The notes: generated by a model not told the origin, from the sequence alone. A DNA stretch of 64,000 nt from Promethearchaeota archaeon (GCA_048940925.1 JBHLOC010000025.1:1-64000); one strand, 5' to 3'; counted from the first letter of the stretch, positions 1-10,064 are shown. Numbers and translations: made by a program.

Positions 1-77
1 TATTATAAATATGTTTAAGTATTAATTATAAGTTATTAATATACAAACTAAGTTGACATTTTTTGAGGTGACCACCT

Positions 78-488
78 ATTTTTAAAAAAATCTTAATAGG
101 TATTGATGATTCAGAGGAATCTTTTAGAGCTGTTAATAGAGTAATAGAGATTCAAGAGAATTTTGATGGTGAAATAGTTGCATTTCATTCAGTAGCGCAT
201 AATATAGCAAAGAATTCCACACGATCTGCTTCTGATGCTCAAGAGGGTAAAGAAATTCTAAATAAAGTTGAGAAATTATTTAAGAAGGCAAATATCTCAG
301 TCGAAACAAGATTAATTTCTGATATGCATCCTGAAGAATATATCAAAAAAGCAGTTGAAAATGAAGGTTTCAATCTAGTTGTTCTTGGTTCTACGGGAAA
401 ACATAAAAAATTAGAACAGGTATTATTAGGTTCTATTCCTTCAAAGGTTATTAATAATGTTTTATGTGATGTGTTAGTCGTGAAATAA
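78..488 (+). CDS. Universal stress protein (UspA family), not in ORF track; apparent ATT start
   Basis: Manual translation: (I)FKKILIGIDDSEESFRAV...FNLVVLGSTGKHKKLEQVLLGSIPSKVINNVLCDVLVVK*, a complete USP domain. In-frame TGA at 69-71; SD GAGGTGA at 65-71 lies 6 nt before ATT at 78. Confidence 0.9.
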   Translation: MFKKILIGIDDSEESFRAVNRVIEIQENFDGEIVAFHSVAHNIAKNSTRSASDAQEGKEILNKVEKLFKKANISVETRLISDMHPEEYIKKAVENEGFNLVVLGSTGKHKKLEQVLLGSIPSKVINNVLCDVLVVK

Positions 489-581
489 CTCAACATTTAA
501 ATCTCTAAAGTTTTTAGGACTAGAGAAGGAAACTTTTTTATATAATTTAAAGAAATTATTTTTATTACTATTTTTGGACTT

Positions 582-830
582 ATGGCGATATATGCAATTC
601 TTTATCCCGGTAATAAATTTAATGTTTTAACAGGAACAGGGACGCGAAAAGTAGGCGCAGGTGTGTTTATAGCAACATATTTTATAACTGAATTAACTTA
701 TGCGATTGTCTCAATTATAGATCCCTTAAGTATAGGGCAAACGACCCATTTCGCCCATGTTGGGGATTTCCTTGGAGGAGCTATGATAGCGAGTATTTTC
801 AAAGTTGTAAAACCTAAATACAAAAAGTAA
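582..830 (+). pseudogene. C-terminal fragment of a rhomboid-family intramembrane protease
   Basis: (IFGL)MAIYAILYP...THFAHVGDFLGG resembles rhomboid TM4-TM6 (AHxGG altered to AHVGD). No GxSG catalytic motif or N-terminal TMs are found upstream. Confidence 0.6.
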
Positions 831-858
831 TGCAAAAATTTTCTTTCTTTTTTTTATA

Positions 859-1131
859 TTAAGAAGGTAATAGACGTAATACCCATTTAAAATATTTTTT
901 TAACTTATCAGGAGCAATGAAATAAAGTATTATCCCCCTAGCACCAAGGATAATTATAAGAATGCAAGATGTTATTGATAGAATATATAGAAATCTGATC
1001 CCAGAATCCATAATTGCAAAATATGGGGGCAATGCAGTAATAATATAAATTAACGGTACCACTCCTATAACAAAAATTACTATACAAACGATAAGTATTT
1101 TTTTTAATCCAATATCAGCAATCTCCTCCAT
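859..1131 (-). CDS. Small two-TM membrane protein, hypothetical
   Basis: 90 aa, two hydrophobic segments, SD-like GAGGTG upstream. Confidence 0.65.
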   Translation of the reverse strand: MEEIADIGLKKILIVCIVIFVIGVVPLIYIITALPPYFAIMDSGIRFLYILSITSCILIIILGARGIILYFIAPDKLKKYFKWVLRLLPS

Positions 1132-1229
1132 ATTTATAATAAGTATTTCACCTCTCTTATGTATAATTTTATAAATCCAAATATGAGAAAAGAAAATCGA
1201 ATAATTGAATTTTTTCTTTTTTTTTTATT

Positions 1230-1300
1230 TTAAGTAGGTACTAGGCGTAATACCCAATCTATATAATTTTTTAATTTATAAAGAGCGATAAGAAAATCAT
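1230..1300 (-). pseudogene. Orphan 3' end of a paralog of the 859..1131 gene
   Basis: Translates IALYKLKNYIDWVLRLVPT* versus IAPDKLKKYFKWVLRLLPS* of the intact gene; the flanking T-rich tract is also similar. Confidence 0.65.
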
Positions 1301-1342
1301 TTGCAATGAAAAGATAAAAAAAATTTGAGATATTACCTTAAC

Positions 1343-3172
1343 TTAAAATTTATATAATCCACTTTGAATATTTTCATAGATATCCTTTGTTAAAGAGGTA
1401 TATTCTGACTCGCCTGGTAGCATAACATACAATAGATCATCAATACTCTCCAGATCGAAACCCTCTTTTTTCAATTTTACTTTTTTTAATTTAAAAGTCG
1501 GGGTGATTGAAATTTCAGATTTTACCCTGAGAAAGATTGGTATAGCATATGCGGGAAGGTTTTTCCTCAAAATGTTAGCTAATTCTTTTAAATCAAAACC
1601 CTTAATATCTACTTTTGGTAAGATAGCACCCATTCCTGCTCGCCCATCAGTATTAGGTATTTGAATACCATAGACTGATGATATATATACCTGATCAAAT
1701 ATATTAAGCACTTCTTCTACCTCGGTAGTAGATACATTGTGTCCTTTCCAGCGGAAAGTATCTCCTAGTCGGTCTACAAATTGGGCATGAGTACATCCTA
1801 GATCCTTGAGCAAATCACCTGTATTAAACCATAAATCTCCTTCTTTAAATACATTATGTAATAGCTTGGCTTCAGTAGCCTTTCTATCAGTATATCCACT
1901 GAATTCAGTTAGACCTTTGCATTCAAATAAACATAAACCAGTTTCACCAAGACCAACCCTCTGCATAAACCCATTTTCACTTCTTATTGGTCTTTCTTCT
2001 TCGGCATCAAGTTTAACAATGGCATAATTAACAGTGGAAAGTCCTATGGTGCAATCAAAATTAAGTAAATTGTAAAAACCACCCACACCTTCACTAGCTC
2101 CATAAGCTTCAGCTACGATACTGATATTAAAGCGTTCTTTAAATTCTTTCCATATGTCTGGGCGTAAACCGTTTCCAATAATTGCTCTAATAGTATTATT
2201 TCTGTCATTAGGGGTTGGATCTTGATTCATCAAATAACGACATAATTCTCCGACATAAGTAAAGATTGTCGCATTATATTCGCCAATTTCATCCCAAAAA
2301 CGGCTAACACTGAACTTACGGCTTATAGCTAAGGCCGCTCCACTCACAAAAGCGGGAGCCCAACCTAGCCATATAGCAGTCCCGTGGAAAAAAGGGAGAG
2401 CAACATAAATAGTATCATTGGGAGTTGCTTCTGTCATTATAAGTCCAAAAATATAACCATTAAGAACTAATGAACGATGGATTACTATAGCTGCTTTGTA
2501 TAAGCCGGTGGTACCAGAAGTAAAAAAATAAGCAATAGGATCATTAGTTTTAACATTAATCGTAGTTGAAGGATTGTATGTAGGAAAATCCTTAATGGCT
2601 TTAGAAAGATCAATAAAATCATCCGGAATTAGTATAGAATCTCGATCTGGTGAAAATAAAAGTGTCTGTTCTTTTGATAAATCGAGCTCAGATTTAACGT
2701 CAGTGAAAATATCGATTAATTCTGAACCAACAATAATAAATTTTCCAGGTGTAAGTTTTAAGCAATATACAAGGGTTCTTTCTCGCAGTTCAGTATTAAT
2801 CAATGAGCTTATTGCACCTATTTTACTAATAGCAGTAAAAATACTTAAAAACTCTGGTCTATTTGTCATAAAAATCTCAACGACATCACCTTTTTTCAAT
2901 CCTAAGGAAATAAAATAATGAGCATATTGATTAACGTGTTCATTAAATTCTTTATAAGTATACATTATATCCTCAAATTTTAAGGCAACATTTTCAGGAT
3001 ATTTTTGTGCACTTGTTTCAATTATAGTTCCCCATGAGATTTTTTTTTCAGAGTCTACTTCCAAGATCTTTTGAAAAGTTGGATCATGTTTTTTATACAC
3101 ATTCAACCTTCTTTTTCTAAATTCTCTCCTATCAATAAGATCTTTTTCTTTTTGTCTTGGAATTTCTAACAT
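1343..3172 (-). CDS. Long-chain acyl-CoA synthetase (FATP/VLACS-like)
   Basis: AMP-binding motif FTSGTTG, YGASE, and FATP signature WFNTGDLL...FVDRLGDTFRWKGHNVSTTEVE. Confidence 0.92.
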   Translation of the reverse strand: MLEIPRQKEKDLIDRREFRKRRLNVYKKHDPTFQKILEVDSEKKISWGTIIETSAQKYPENVALKFEDIMYTYKEFNEHVNQYAHYFISLGLKKGDVVEIFMTNRPEFLSIFTAISKIGAISSLINTELRERTLVYCLKLTPGKFIIVGSELIDIFTDVKSELDLSKEQTLLFSPDRDSILIPDDFIDLSKAIKDFPTYNPSTTINVKTNDPIAYFFTSGTTGLYKAAIVIHRSLVLNGYIFGLIMTEATPNDTIYVALPFFHGTAIWLGWAPAFVSGAALAISRKFSVSRFWDEIGEYNATIFTYVGELCRYLMNQDPTPNDRNNTIRAIIGNGLRPDIWKEFKERFNISIVAEAYGASEGVGGFYNLLNFDCTIGLSTVNYAIVKLDAEEERPIRSENGFMQRVGLGETGLCLFECKGLTEFSGYTDRKATEAKLLHNVFKEGDLWFNTGDLLKDLGCTHAQFVDRLGDTFRWKGHNVSTTEVEEVLNIFDQVYISSVYGIQIPNTDGRAGMGAILPKVDIKGFDLKELANILRKNLPAYAIPIFLRVKSEISITPTFKLKKVKLKKEGFDLESIDDLLYVMLPGESEYTSLTKDIYENIQSGLYKF

Positions 3173-3461
3173 ACTAATTGCCTTTTTTATCTATAAATTA
3201 AAGTAATTAGCTAGATTTCTTTTAATAAAAGAATTTCGATAAAGAAGTTAAGTATTTCCCATTTATAAATTTTATATTCTTAGAAGTATATAAATTCCAA
3301 AATAAACAAATAGCAAGTAAAAAAGAAATAGAAAAATTTTACTTTTTTTTTGTTATTATCCACGTCATGTTACTTTTATGTTCTAAAATTTTTTCTATAA
3401 TGAATTACTTGAAAAGATAATTACTATTATAAAATTTATTAAATACAATTTAAAAAAGAAT

Positions 3462-4832
3462 ATGACCACTAATATAGTAGTTATCGGTATGGGATATGTA
3501 GGCATACCAATGGCAGCATTATTAGCAAATGTTGATAATTTTTATGTTACTGGGATTCAACGAAGGTCAAAAAGATCTGGGTGGAAGATAGATTGGCTCA
3601 ATAGTGGAAAGAATCCTTTTGAGGGAGAAGAGCCAGGCTTAGATGAATTAATAGCTAATGTTGTAAAGAATGGAAAATTTAAAGTTACAGATAAATATGA
3701 TGATGTAGATAATGCAGATTTTATTCTTGTTGATGTACAAACTCCAGTTGATTTAGATTCTAAAGTTCCCAGATATGAATCTTTGAAAGAGGTGTCTAAA
3801 GAAATATCTAAACATCTCAGAAAAGGAACTACGATTATAATTGAATCCACAGTAGCACCTGGTACAACAAACAATATTGTTCAACCAATATTAGAGGAAG
3901 GAAGTGGATTAAAGAGAGGAAACGATTTTTATCTAGTATTTTCATTCGAACGCCTTATGCCAGGGAAATTACTCGAATATATCACAGATATGGAACGAGT
4001 AATTGGAGGTGGGTGTGAAGAAGCGAATAATAGGGCAAAATTTTTATATGGAAAGGTAGTTAAAAGGGAATTAAGAGTTACTGATACATTAACAGCAGAA
4101 TTAACTAAATGTATTGAAAATGCTTATAGAGATGTTAATATTGCTTTTGCAAATGAAATGGCATTATTATGTGAAGACTTTAATAGAAATATATTTGAGA
4201 TTATTGAATTAATTAACCAGAGAGATGATCGAATGATGCATTATCCTGGTTCAGGTGTAGGAGGTCATTGTTTAACTAAAGATCCACACTTACTCGAATA
4301 TGGTCATCGCACGTATACAGAACATAAATTTAATTCGGATATCTTGCTAAAAGCAAGAGAGCTAAATGATTCTATGCCTCGTCATATAATAGAATTAATG
4401 GAAGATACGTTTAGAGAATCTCGTAAATTAGTAGATAATATTAAAGTTACTCTTTTAGGTGTTTCTTATAAAGCAAATACAGATGATACACGTAATACGC
4501 CCTCAGAAAATATTGTCAAATTCCTCAAAAATAGGTATCATTCGCACAATATAACATTTATAGCACATGATCCTTATGTGAAATCTCGAGATTACAATGC
4601 TACAGAATTAACCCATGATTTTGATAAAGCAGTTTCTGGTGCTGATGTACTTATTTTTGCGACAAACCATAGTGAATATTATAATATTGATCTTGATGAT
4701 TTGAAAAAAAAATTAAGAACCCCTATTATAATTGATGGAAGGAATATCTTTAGGAAAAAAACAGTCGAGGAAAAGGGATTCACATATAGAAAAGTCGGAG
4801 AAGGATCAAATACACCAACAAATATTAGATAA
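3462..4832 (+). CDS. Nucleotide-sugar dehydrogenase (UDP-ManNAc/UDP-GlcNAc dehydrogenase, WecC-like)
   Basis: GMGYVG Rossmann motif, IESTVAPGTT, ENAYRDVNIAFANE, catalytic GVGGHCL, GVSYK..TDDTRNTP. Confidence 0.9.
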   Translation: MTTNIVVIGMGYVGIPMAALLANVDNFYVTGIQRRSKRSGWKIDWLNSGKNPFEGEEPGLDELIANVVKNGKFKVTDKYDDVDNADFILVDVQTPVDLDSKVPRYESLKEVSKEISKHLRKGTTIIIESTVAPGTTNNIVQPILEEGSGLKRGNDFYLVFSFERLMPGKLLEYITDMERVIGGGCEEANNRAKFLYGKVVKRELRVTDTLTAELTKCIENAYRDVNIAFANEMALLCEDFNRNIFEIIELINQRDDRMMHYPGSGVGGHCLTKDPHLLEYGHRTYTEHKFNSDILLKARELNDSMPRHIIELMEDTFRESRKLVDNIKVTLLGVSYKANTDDTRNTPSENIVKFLKNRYHSHNITFIAHDPYVKSRDYNATELTHDFDKAVSGADVLIFATNHSEYYNIDLDDLKKKLRTPIIIDGRNIFRKKTVEEKGFTYRKVGEGSNTPTNIR

Positions 4833-4856
4833 TAAATATATAATTAATCACAGCTC

Positions 4857-5963
4857 TTATATATCTTCAACTCGCAGAAACTGTAAGCCTTCCTCTAATG
4901 TTTTAGCAAAAGGCAACTTAACATTCTTACTGATTAATTGATTTCTAAAATTCTCAAGAATGTTCTCTGCTGCTTCTGTTAATTCATCCATTTTGTTAGA
5001 CATTAATAAAATTTCCATATCCGTTTTAATTACTTCAGGAAGTTTCTTAATATACTCATCTATCGGATAAAGACTATTTCTGTCCCATCTCTTATTTTGA
5101 AGAACCATATAAGACCAAATAAAGAATTCTGTAAGATCTGTTGTGGCATAAATTCCAGCATTTAGATCATTATTTTTAGCAGCAGACTTTATCGTATAAT
5201 ATCCCTCAACTGCAGAACTCCATTCTGCTATAATATTCTTATAGGTTTCTTCAGGTTTATCCATATTATCTGCCAACCAATTTTTATATAGCAGATGAAG
5301 ATCATCTACTAGCTCCTCTGCAATTTTAAGAGCTTTGTTTGGCTTGGCTGTTATCAATTTCTCAAATCGTTGAGTAAAATTATTAGGTTTGATTGAAAAT
5401 TTCTCTATTTCTGCTAGTTGTTTCCCCCAGTTGTTAAGAAAGTATTGGTTGTTTAATCCTGCTAATCTATGACAAACTCCAATAGCTATATCCCAAATAA
5501 GTAATCTGATATTTTCTTCTTTATCATTTTCAATATTTTTTTCAATCAACCAAAGTTTACTGAAGAGATCATCAAAGTTCATTGTTTCTTTTACTACTGT
5601 TATTCCCCCTTGATTGATCTTAGATAAAATATTTTCGAGTTTTTGTCGATGTTCTAAACTTTTCTCCCAAACAACAATACCATTTGCTAGAGATCCAGCA
5701 CTCGTACTCCAACAGCCGAGTTTACCTTTTACAAGCTCTTCAGCATACTCCCATGTCATAGACCATGCTTGAATAGGTCTTTCATTAAACATAAATTCCC
5801 AGACAACTTTCTTTGAATCACAAATTATCATTATATCATAATCGGAGAGTTCCTGACCTAAATTGCGAGCAAAACTACCAAATAAAATAACTAAATCGAT
5901 TTCTGGAACATTTTTTGCTAATAAATAGGCAATTTGTTTAATTTCTTGTAAATTCTCATTCAT
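4857..5963 (-). CDS. Pol-beta-type nucleotidyltransferase domain protein (kanamycin NTase-like)
   Basis: N-terminal LFGSFAR...SDYDIMII motif followed by helical domains. Confidence 0.7.
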   Translation of the reverse strand: MNENLQEIKQIAYLLAKNVPEIDLVILFGSFARNLGQELSDYDIMIICDSKKVVWEFMFNERPIQAWSMTWEYAEELVKGKLGCWSTSAGSLANGIVVWEKSLEHRQKLENILSKINQGGITVVKETMNFDDLFSKLWLIEKNIENDKEENIRLLIWDIAIGVCHRLAGLNNQYFLNNWGKQLAEIEKFSIKPNNFTQRFEKLITAKPNKALKIAEELVDDLHLLYKNWLADNMDKPEETYKNIIAEWSSAVEGYYTIKSAAKNNDLNAGIYATTDLTEFFIWSYMVLQNKRWDRNSLYPIDEYIKKLPEVIKTDMEILLMSNKMDELTEAAENILENFRNQLISKNVKLPFAKTLEEGLQFLRVEDI

Positions 5964-6280
5964 TGCAATCAGTGTGTAAATATTTTACTATATTAAAAAT
6001 GATCAGATTATTTTTTTTAATAATTACCCAAATATTGATAAAACTAGAGAAGGATCAAAAAATTGTTTAAAAAATGGGATTAAATAAAAGTTAATCGTTA
6101 GTTCTTACGGAACGTAAAGTTAAATCCAAACATTTTTGATTTAATTTTTTTAGATAGATTTTGTTAACTTTCCTTAATTTAATATAAAAAGATGAAGCAA
6201 TATTATATAATCTCGAATTCTTGGCTGAATTCATGGGATTAGATCCCAATATTTTTTAAATCTAATCTTTGAGATTTGTA

Positions 6281-6421
6281 TTAGTTTTTTGAAATTCTTT
6301 TCTTATGGCGTCTATTCTTGATAATTTTAAAACCCCGAATAATTCCGTCAATTATACCTCATCCCGTACAAAAGAATTCGTCTTTTTTTGAACTATCTAG
6401 TTTTTGTTTCCATTCTGACAT
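6281..6421 (-). CDS. Candidate 46-aa selenoprotein (in-frame TGA in CxxU context)
   Basis: ATG 6421 to TAA 6281 reads MSEWKQKLDSSKKDEFFCTG(TGA)GIIDGIIRGFKIIKNRRHKKRISKN; AUGA-containing hairpin at 6199-6253. Speculative. Confidence 0.35.
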
Positions 6422-6577
6422 GATTTTAATTTAAGTTTGTGTTTTTAAATTTAAAATCTATTGAAGAAATAAATATATTATTGTTATTAATAATAAGAAT
6501 GTATTATGAAGAATTATATTAAGTTAACTTTCTCTTTTAAGCTGTTAACTTGAATTAAATATTTTGTAAGTAGATTA

Positions 6578-7438
6578 TTACAATCCTAATTCTTCTAGTC
6601 TCCGAACTGCCTCTAAAGCTGTGCTGAATATTACGTTCCTTTCGACAGCACACATCATCAGAAATTCATAAACATCATTTAGAGTTCCTTTAGTCCAACC
6701 TAATTCAGCGAACTCGAAATGATGCCAGAAACTTTGAAAAACATCAACACTAAGGTCTCCTCTTAATCTATTTCTGAGATAATTAATCTGACTCTTTATA
6801 TCACCCCCACCAAGATTCCCACTAACTGGTAATTCAATTATAGAAGATCTTCCTTCAATCCAAGGATCACTTGTTGATGGTCGATAAGGGTAGAACTCCT
6901 TATGTCGAGAGTTATCTGCTAGAATAAAATCACCTGTAGCTGGGTGTTTTAATTTTTCTCCAGGAACAAGTGAGCAATCCACTTTAAAACCTGCCTCCTC
7001 CAAGACTTGGATTGTGTTCGTATGAAATGTAAACATTCCGCTAACATGAGTTACAGGGGGCGGTATATCAAGAGCAATAGCCATTTGTCTAATAGCTCCA
7101 GCGATTCTATCTTGATTTAAAACACCATTCTCATCAATACAGTAAGCATATCTTCCTTTATATGTGTGGCCATTCTTTCGTTGGGATCCAGGTAAGTGGG
7201 AGTGGATCCCAATTTCATGACCTTCTTCTATAAACCGGAATATATCCTCTAAATGCTCTGATAGAAACTCTTCAGTAATACAGTATGTGACTTTTGGGTT
7301 TTTTCCTGTTTCTTTGAAAATTTGATCAAAAACATCTTCTATCTTAGGTTGTATCTTCTCAAATAACTGCCAAGACCCATCGAAATCTAATTCAGTATGA
7401 CAAACAAGTACAATATGAAGCTCTGTATCTTTACTCAT
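6578..7438 (-). CDS. Polysaccharide deacetylase / NodB-like (CE4) family protein
   Basis: HTELD near the N-terminus, GHEIGIHSH metal motif, GFKVDCS, IIELPV. Confidence 0.7.
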   Translation of the reverse strand: MSKDTELHIVLVCHTELDFDGSWQLFEKIQPKIEDVFDQIFKETGKNPKVTYCITEEFLSEHLEDIFRFIEEGHEIGIHSHLPGSQRKNGHTYKGRYAYCIDENGVLNQDRIAGAIRQMAIALDIPPPVTHVSGMFTFHTNTIQVLEEAGFKVDCSLVPGEKLKHPATGDFILADNSRHKEFYPYRPSTSDPWIEGRSSIIELPVSGNLGGGDIKSQINYLRNRLRGDLSVDVFQSFWHHFEFAELGWTKGTLNDVYEFLMMCAVERNVIFSTALEAVRRLEELGL

Positions 7439-7627
7439 ATAATGTTATTTATATCTTTATTCATACATAAGATTAATCTTTAAGAGACATACAAGTTTCA
7501 AGTTTTTTTAAATTTTGTCCCAATTTTCTGTGAAATTGGAATGGAAAGGTAAAAATTCTATGCTATTTAATAATTTTAAAATAGATTAAATATTTATTTA
7601 GCTTAACAAGGAGAAGAAAAGAAAAAA

Positions 7628-7906
7628 ATGGCAGGAATAAAAGAGTTAAAAAAAGAACTTTCTGAAATGCGAAATAGTATGGAAAAATTAACAGAAGAAT
7701 TACATGAGACCAATCTTGCTATTAGGGAATCATTAAATTCGACATCTCAGGTAATAAAAGAAGCAAGTGAAAAATTTTCAAAAGCATTAGAAGATGTAAT
7801 GAAAACAATGTCAGATTTAACAATTCAGATGAATGTAAGAGATACGATTTTGAAGAATCTTGGGATTGATGGAATGATTCCAGGATTTCTGAAGAAGAAA
7901 AAGTAA
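7628..7906 (+). CDS. Small coiled-coil protein, hypothetical
   Basis: 92 aa heptad-like helical sequence; AGGAG upstream. Confidence 0.7.
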   Translation: MAGIKELKKELSEMRNSMEKLTEELHETNLAIRESLNSTSQVIKEASEKFSKALEDVMKTMSDLTIQMNVRDTILKNLGIDGMIPGFLKKKK

Positions 7907-7909
7907 TCA

Positions 7910-8104
7910 TCATATTTTTTGTTCCTTTTCCCAGTTCTTAACCACAAAATACAATATTACCAGCGAAATCATATATATAACAGCAATTAACGACCATAAA
8001 ATAACTTCATTAGTATTATTTTCAAATATACCTGCAATTGCTTTGTAAATAAAGAAAATACTAAATAATGTTAATAATCGAATTCCTGAACTTACTTTAT
8101 TCAT
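7910..8104 (-). CDS. Small two-TM membrane protein
   Basis: 64 aa with two hydrophobic helices; convergent with 7628..7906. Confidence 0.6.
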   Translation of the reverse strand: MNKVSSGIRLLTLFSIFFIYKAIAGIFENNTNEVILWSLIAVIYMISLVILYFVVKNWEKEQKI

Positions 8105-8187
8105 ATTATAAACATATGTGTAATGATTAAAGTAATATATTACTTAGAATTAAAAGTATAATATAGAAAAAAATAAATTGAAATAAA

Positions 8188-8397
8188 ATGAGAGAAAGAA
8201 CTCCACCAATTTGCTTTAGTTGTGGTAAGAGTTGCAAAGAATCCATGGATAGAACTTATTATTGTATATGTGATATTGCTATTTGTCATGATTGTATTAA
8301 CTCAATCAAAAAAAATGATAAGGTCTGGATTTGCCCTAAATGTAAAGAAGAAAATGACATAGAAAAAAGTAGATTATTTAGATTGGCCCATGAGTAA
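8188..8397 (+). CDS. Stand-alone C4C4 RING-like zinc finger
   Basis: C9-x2-C12-x13-C26-x-C28-x4-C33-x2-C36-x12-C49-x2-C52. Confidence 0.75.
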   Translation: MRERTPPICFSCGKSCKESMDRTYYCICDIAICHDCINSIKKNDKVWICPKCKEENDIEKSRLFRLAHE

Positions 8398-8637
8398 GTT
8401 CTAATTTAATTTATTTGGTTAAGCAATAAAATTTTTTTAATTCTTTATATGCCTATGATGAAAATACCTAAGTTATGATTTATTATCAAAGATGATAAGA
8501 TCAGAGGAAGACTGAGGCATTTCTTAATGTTGGACTATTAATAATTAGATATATTAAACAAGAGAAGAAAGATATAAACAATTATAAGCGTTCTAGATTT
8601 TAATAACTTAAGTACATAAGAGTGAGATGAGATTATC

Positions 8638-9126
8638 ATGAGTGTAAACATAATTTCAAAGGTTGTAGAATTAGAGAATTGTAATAAGGAGGATTTTATC
8701 AAAGCTCTATATAAAGAAGAGTTTTGGATAAATACTAATCCATCAAAAAAAATGGAAGCAAAATTCATTGCTCCTAATGTATTATATAGTAAAATATTAG
8801 ATGAAATTGTGAAAATTCCTGTTGAAATGGAAGGAGAATTGGTTTTACAGGATAAAGGGGAACAACCTGAAGGGAAAGGACGATTAATTGAATTGAACGT
8901 TAGAAATAATAAAGATGTTAAAGAATTAGAAGGTAATTTAAGAATCAAGACCATAACTCCAACTAAATCAAAAATAGGAGTTTTTATTAAGAGTTTTTCT
9001 TTAGGGAGTGATTTTCTAAATTTAATTGGGAGAAATGCTGCAGAACTTACTTTAAGAACTAAAATAACAGAAATGTTAAGAAAATTAGAACGTTGGTTAA
9101 AAGTAAATTCTCTCAGTGATTTATAA
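8638..9126 (+). CDS. Hypothetical protein, possibly SRPBCC/START fold
   Basis: 162 aa with alternating beta strands and a long C-terminal helix; fold call is inference. Confidence 0.6.
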   Translation: MSVNIISKVVELENCNKEDFIKALYKEEFWINTNPSKKMEAKFIAPNVLYSKILDEIVKIPVEMEGELVLQDKGEQPEGKGRLIELNVRNNKDVKELEGNLRIKTITPTKSKIGVFIKSFSLGSDFLNLIGRNAAELTLRTKITEMLRKLERWLKVNSLSDL

Positions 9127-9218
9127 TAGGTAAGATTCATTAATTATATATAGAAGAAATTATTTATGATTCATTTTTAATATAATATGGAGATTTTTTA
9201 CCAGGATTCAGTTGAAAA

Positions 9219-10064
9219 ATGAACATTTGGGTATTAGAATCGGATTCGGGCATTACACTCGTCTATAAACCATATATGGAATTTCCTGTAAATGAAGATT
9301 TAGTTTCTGGTTTATTAACTGCTTTGAATCAATTTACAATAGTGGAATTCAAGCAAGGAATTGATTCCATTGAAATGGGTGGTTTAAGATGGGTTTATAT
9401 CCAAGATAAAGATACTAACTTATTATTTATAGGGGCAGATTCCAAAGAAGTAAGTGGAGATATATTGAGAGCGCGCTTAGATGTCATACGACACACATTT
9501 ATTCAACAATATGCCCATGAAAAGAATCGTTGGGGAAGTAATTGGGCAGGTAATGTGGAACTCTACAAACCATTTGAAGATGTTATTGATGAATATTATA
9601 CCCAATGGAAACAAGCAGAACGTGTTACATCTGTAGCTGAATTTTTTGATATGTTAGGGATTTTTCAACAAATATTAAATTTAGTGATTAATGTCATTGA
9701 AGGTCATTTATCGGTAAAAAAAAGGAATCGAATCTATAAAAAAATAGAATTACTGTTCAAAAATTATGAGAACCTTGAAATTGTGAAAAAAAATCCTGAA
9801 TTAAGTAAAATAAATTTTCAGAGAAAAACTGGTGTGAACGTTATTAATATCAACCCGACGAACTGTGATATGTTTGTTGCTGAAAAACAATTGATAAATT
9901 TAATTAAGACTATAGTTGAAATACTTAAAGCTGAAGAGGGATTTTATACATGTTTGAAATATTTTATAGAAGAAAATATTTTTGACTATATTTTATCTAA
10001 TTTTAATCTCTTAAACGACCTGAACTTATTTATTTTTCTGATTCAACTCTTTTTATTAAAATAA
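9219..10064 (+). CDS. Longin-like domain protein (Asgard ESP type)
   Basis: N-terminal pattern IWVLESDSGITLVYK...EDLVSGLLTALNQF...SIEMGGLRWVY is typical of archaeal longin domains. Confidence 0.7.
   Translation: MNIWVLESDSGITLVYKPYMEFPVNEDLVSGLLTALNQFTIVEFKQGIDSIEMGGLRWVYIQDKDTNLLFIGADSKEVSGDILRARLDVIRHTFIQQYAHEKNRWGSNWAGNVELYKPFEDVIDEYYTQWKQAERVTSVAEFFDMLGIFQQILNLVINVIEGHLSVKKRNRIYKKIELLFKNYENLEIVKKNPELSKINFQRKTGVNVININPTNCDMFVAEKQLINLIKTIVEILKAEEGFYTCLKYFIEENIFDYILSNFNLLNDLNLFIFLIQLFLLK

Noticed and set aside
239-496. 85-aa minus-strand ORF
   Set aside because: Antisense shadow of the USP gene on the plus strand.
6233-6249. ATGGGA-N5-TCCCAA as a fourth operator
   Set aside because: The spacer is 5 not 6, no nitrogen gene is adjacent, and a similar N5 palindrome occurs inside a CDS near 7197; it also overlaps the candidate 3' hairpin.
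8538-9140. 200-aa minus-strand ORF, and similar antisense ORFs (e.g. 1806, 2574, 3557, 11647, 16803, 24301, 25611, 53592, 58581, 59127)
   Set aside because: They largely overlap well-supported genes on the opposite strand and have no motifs.
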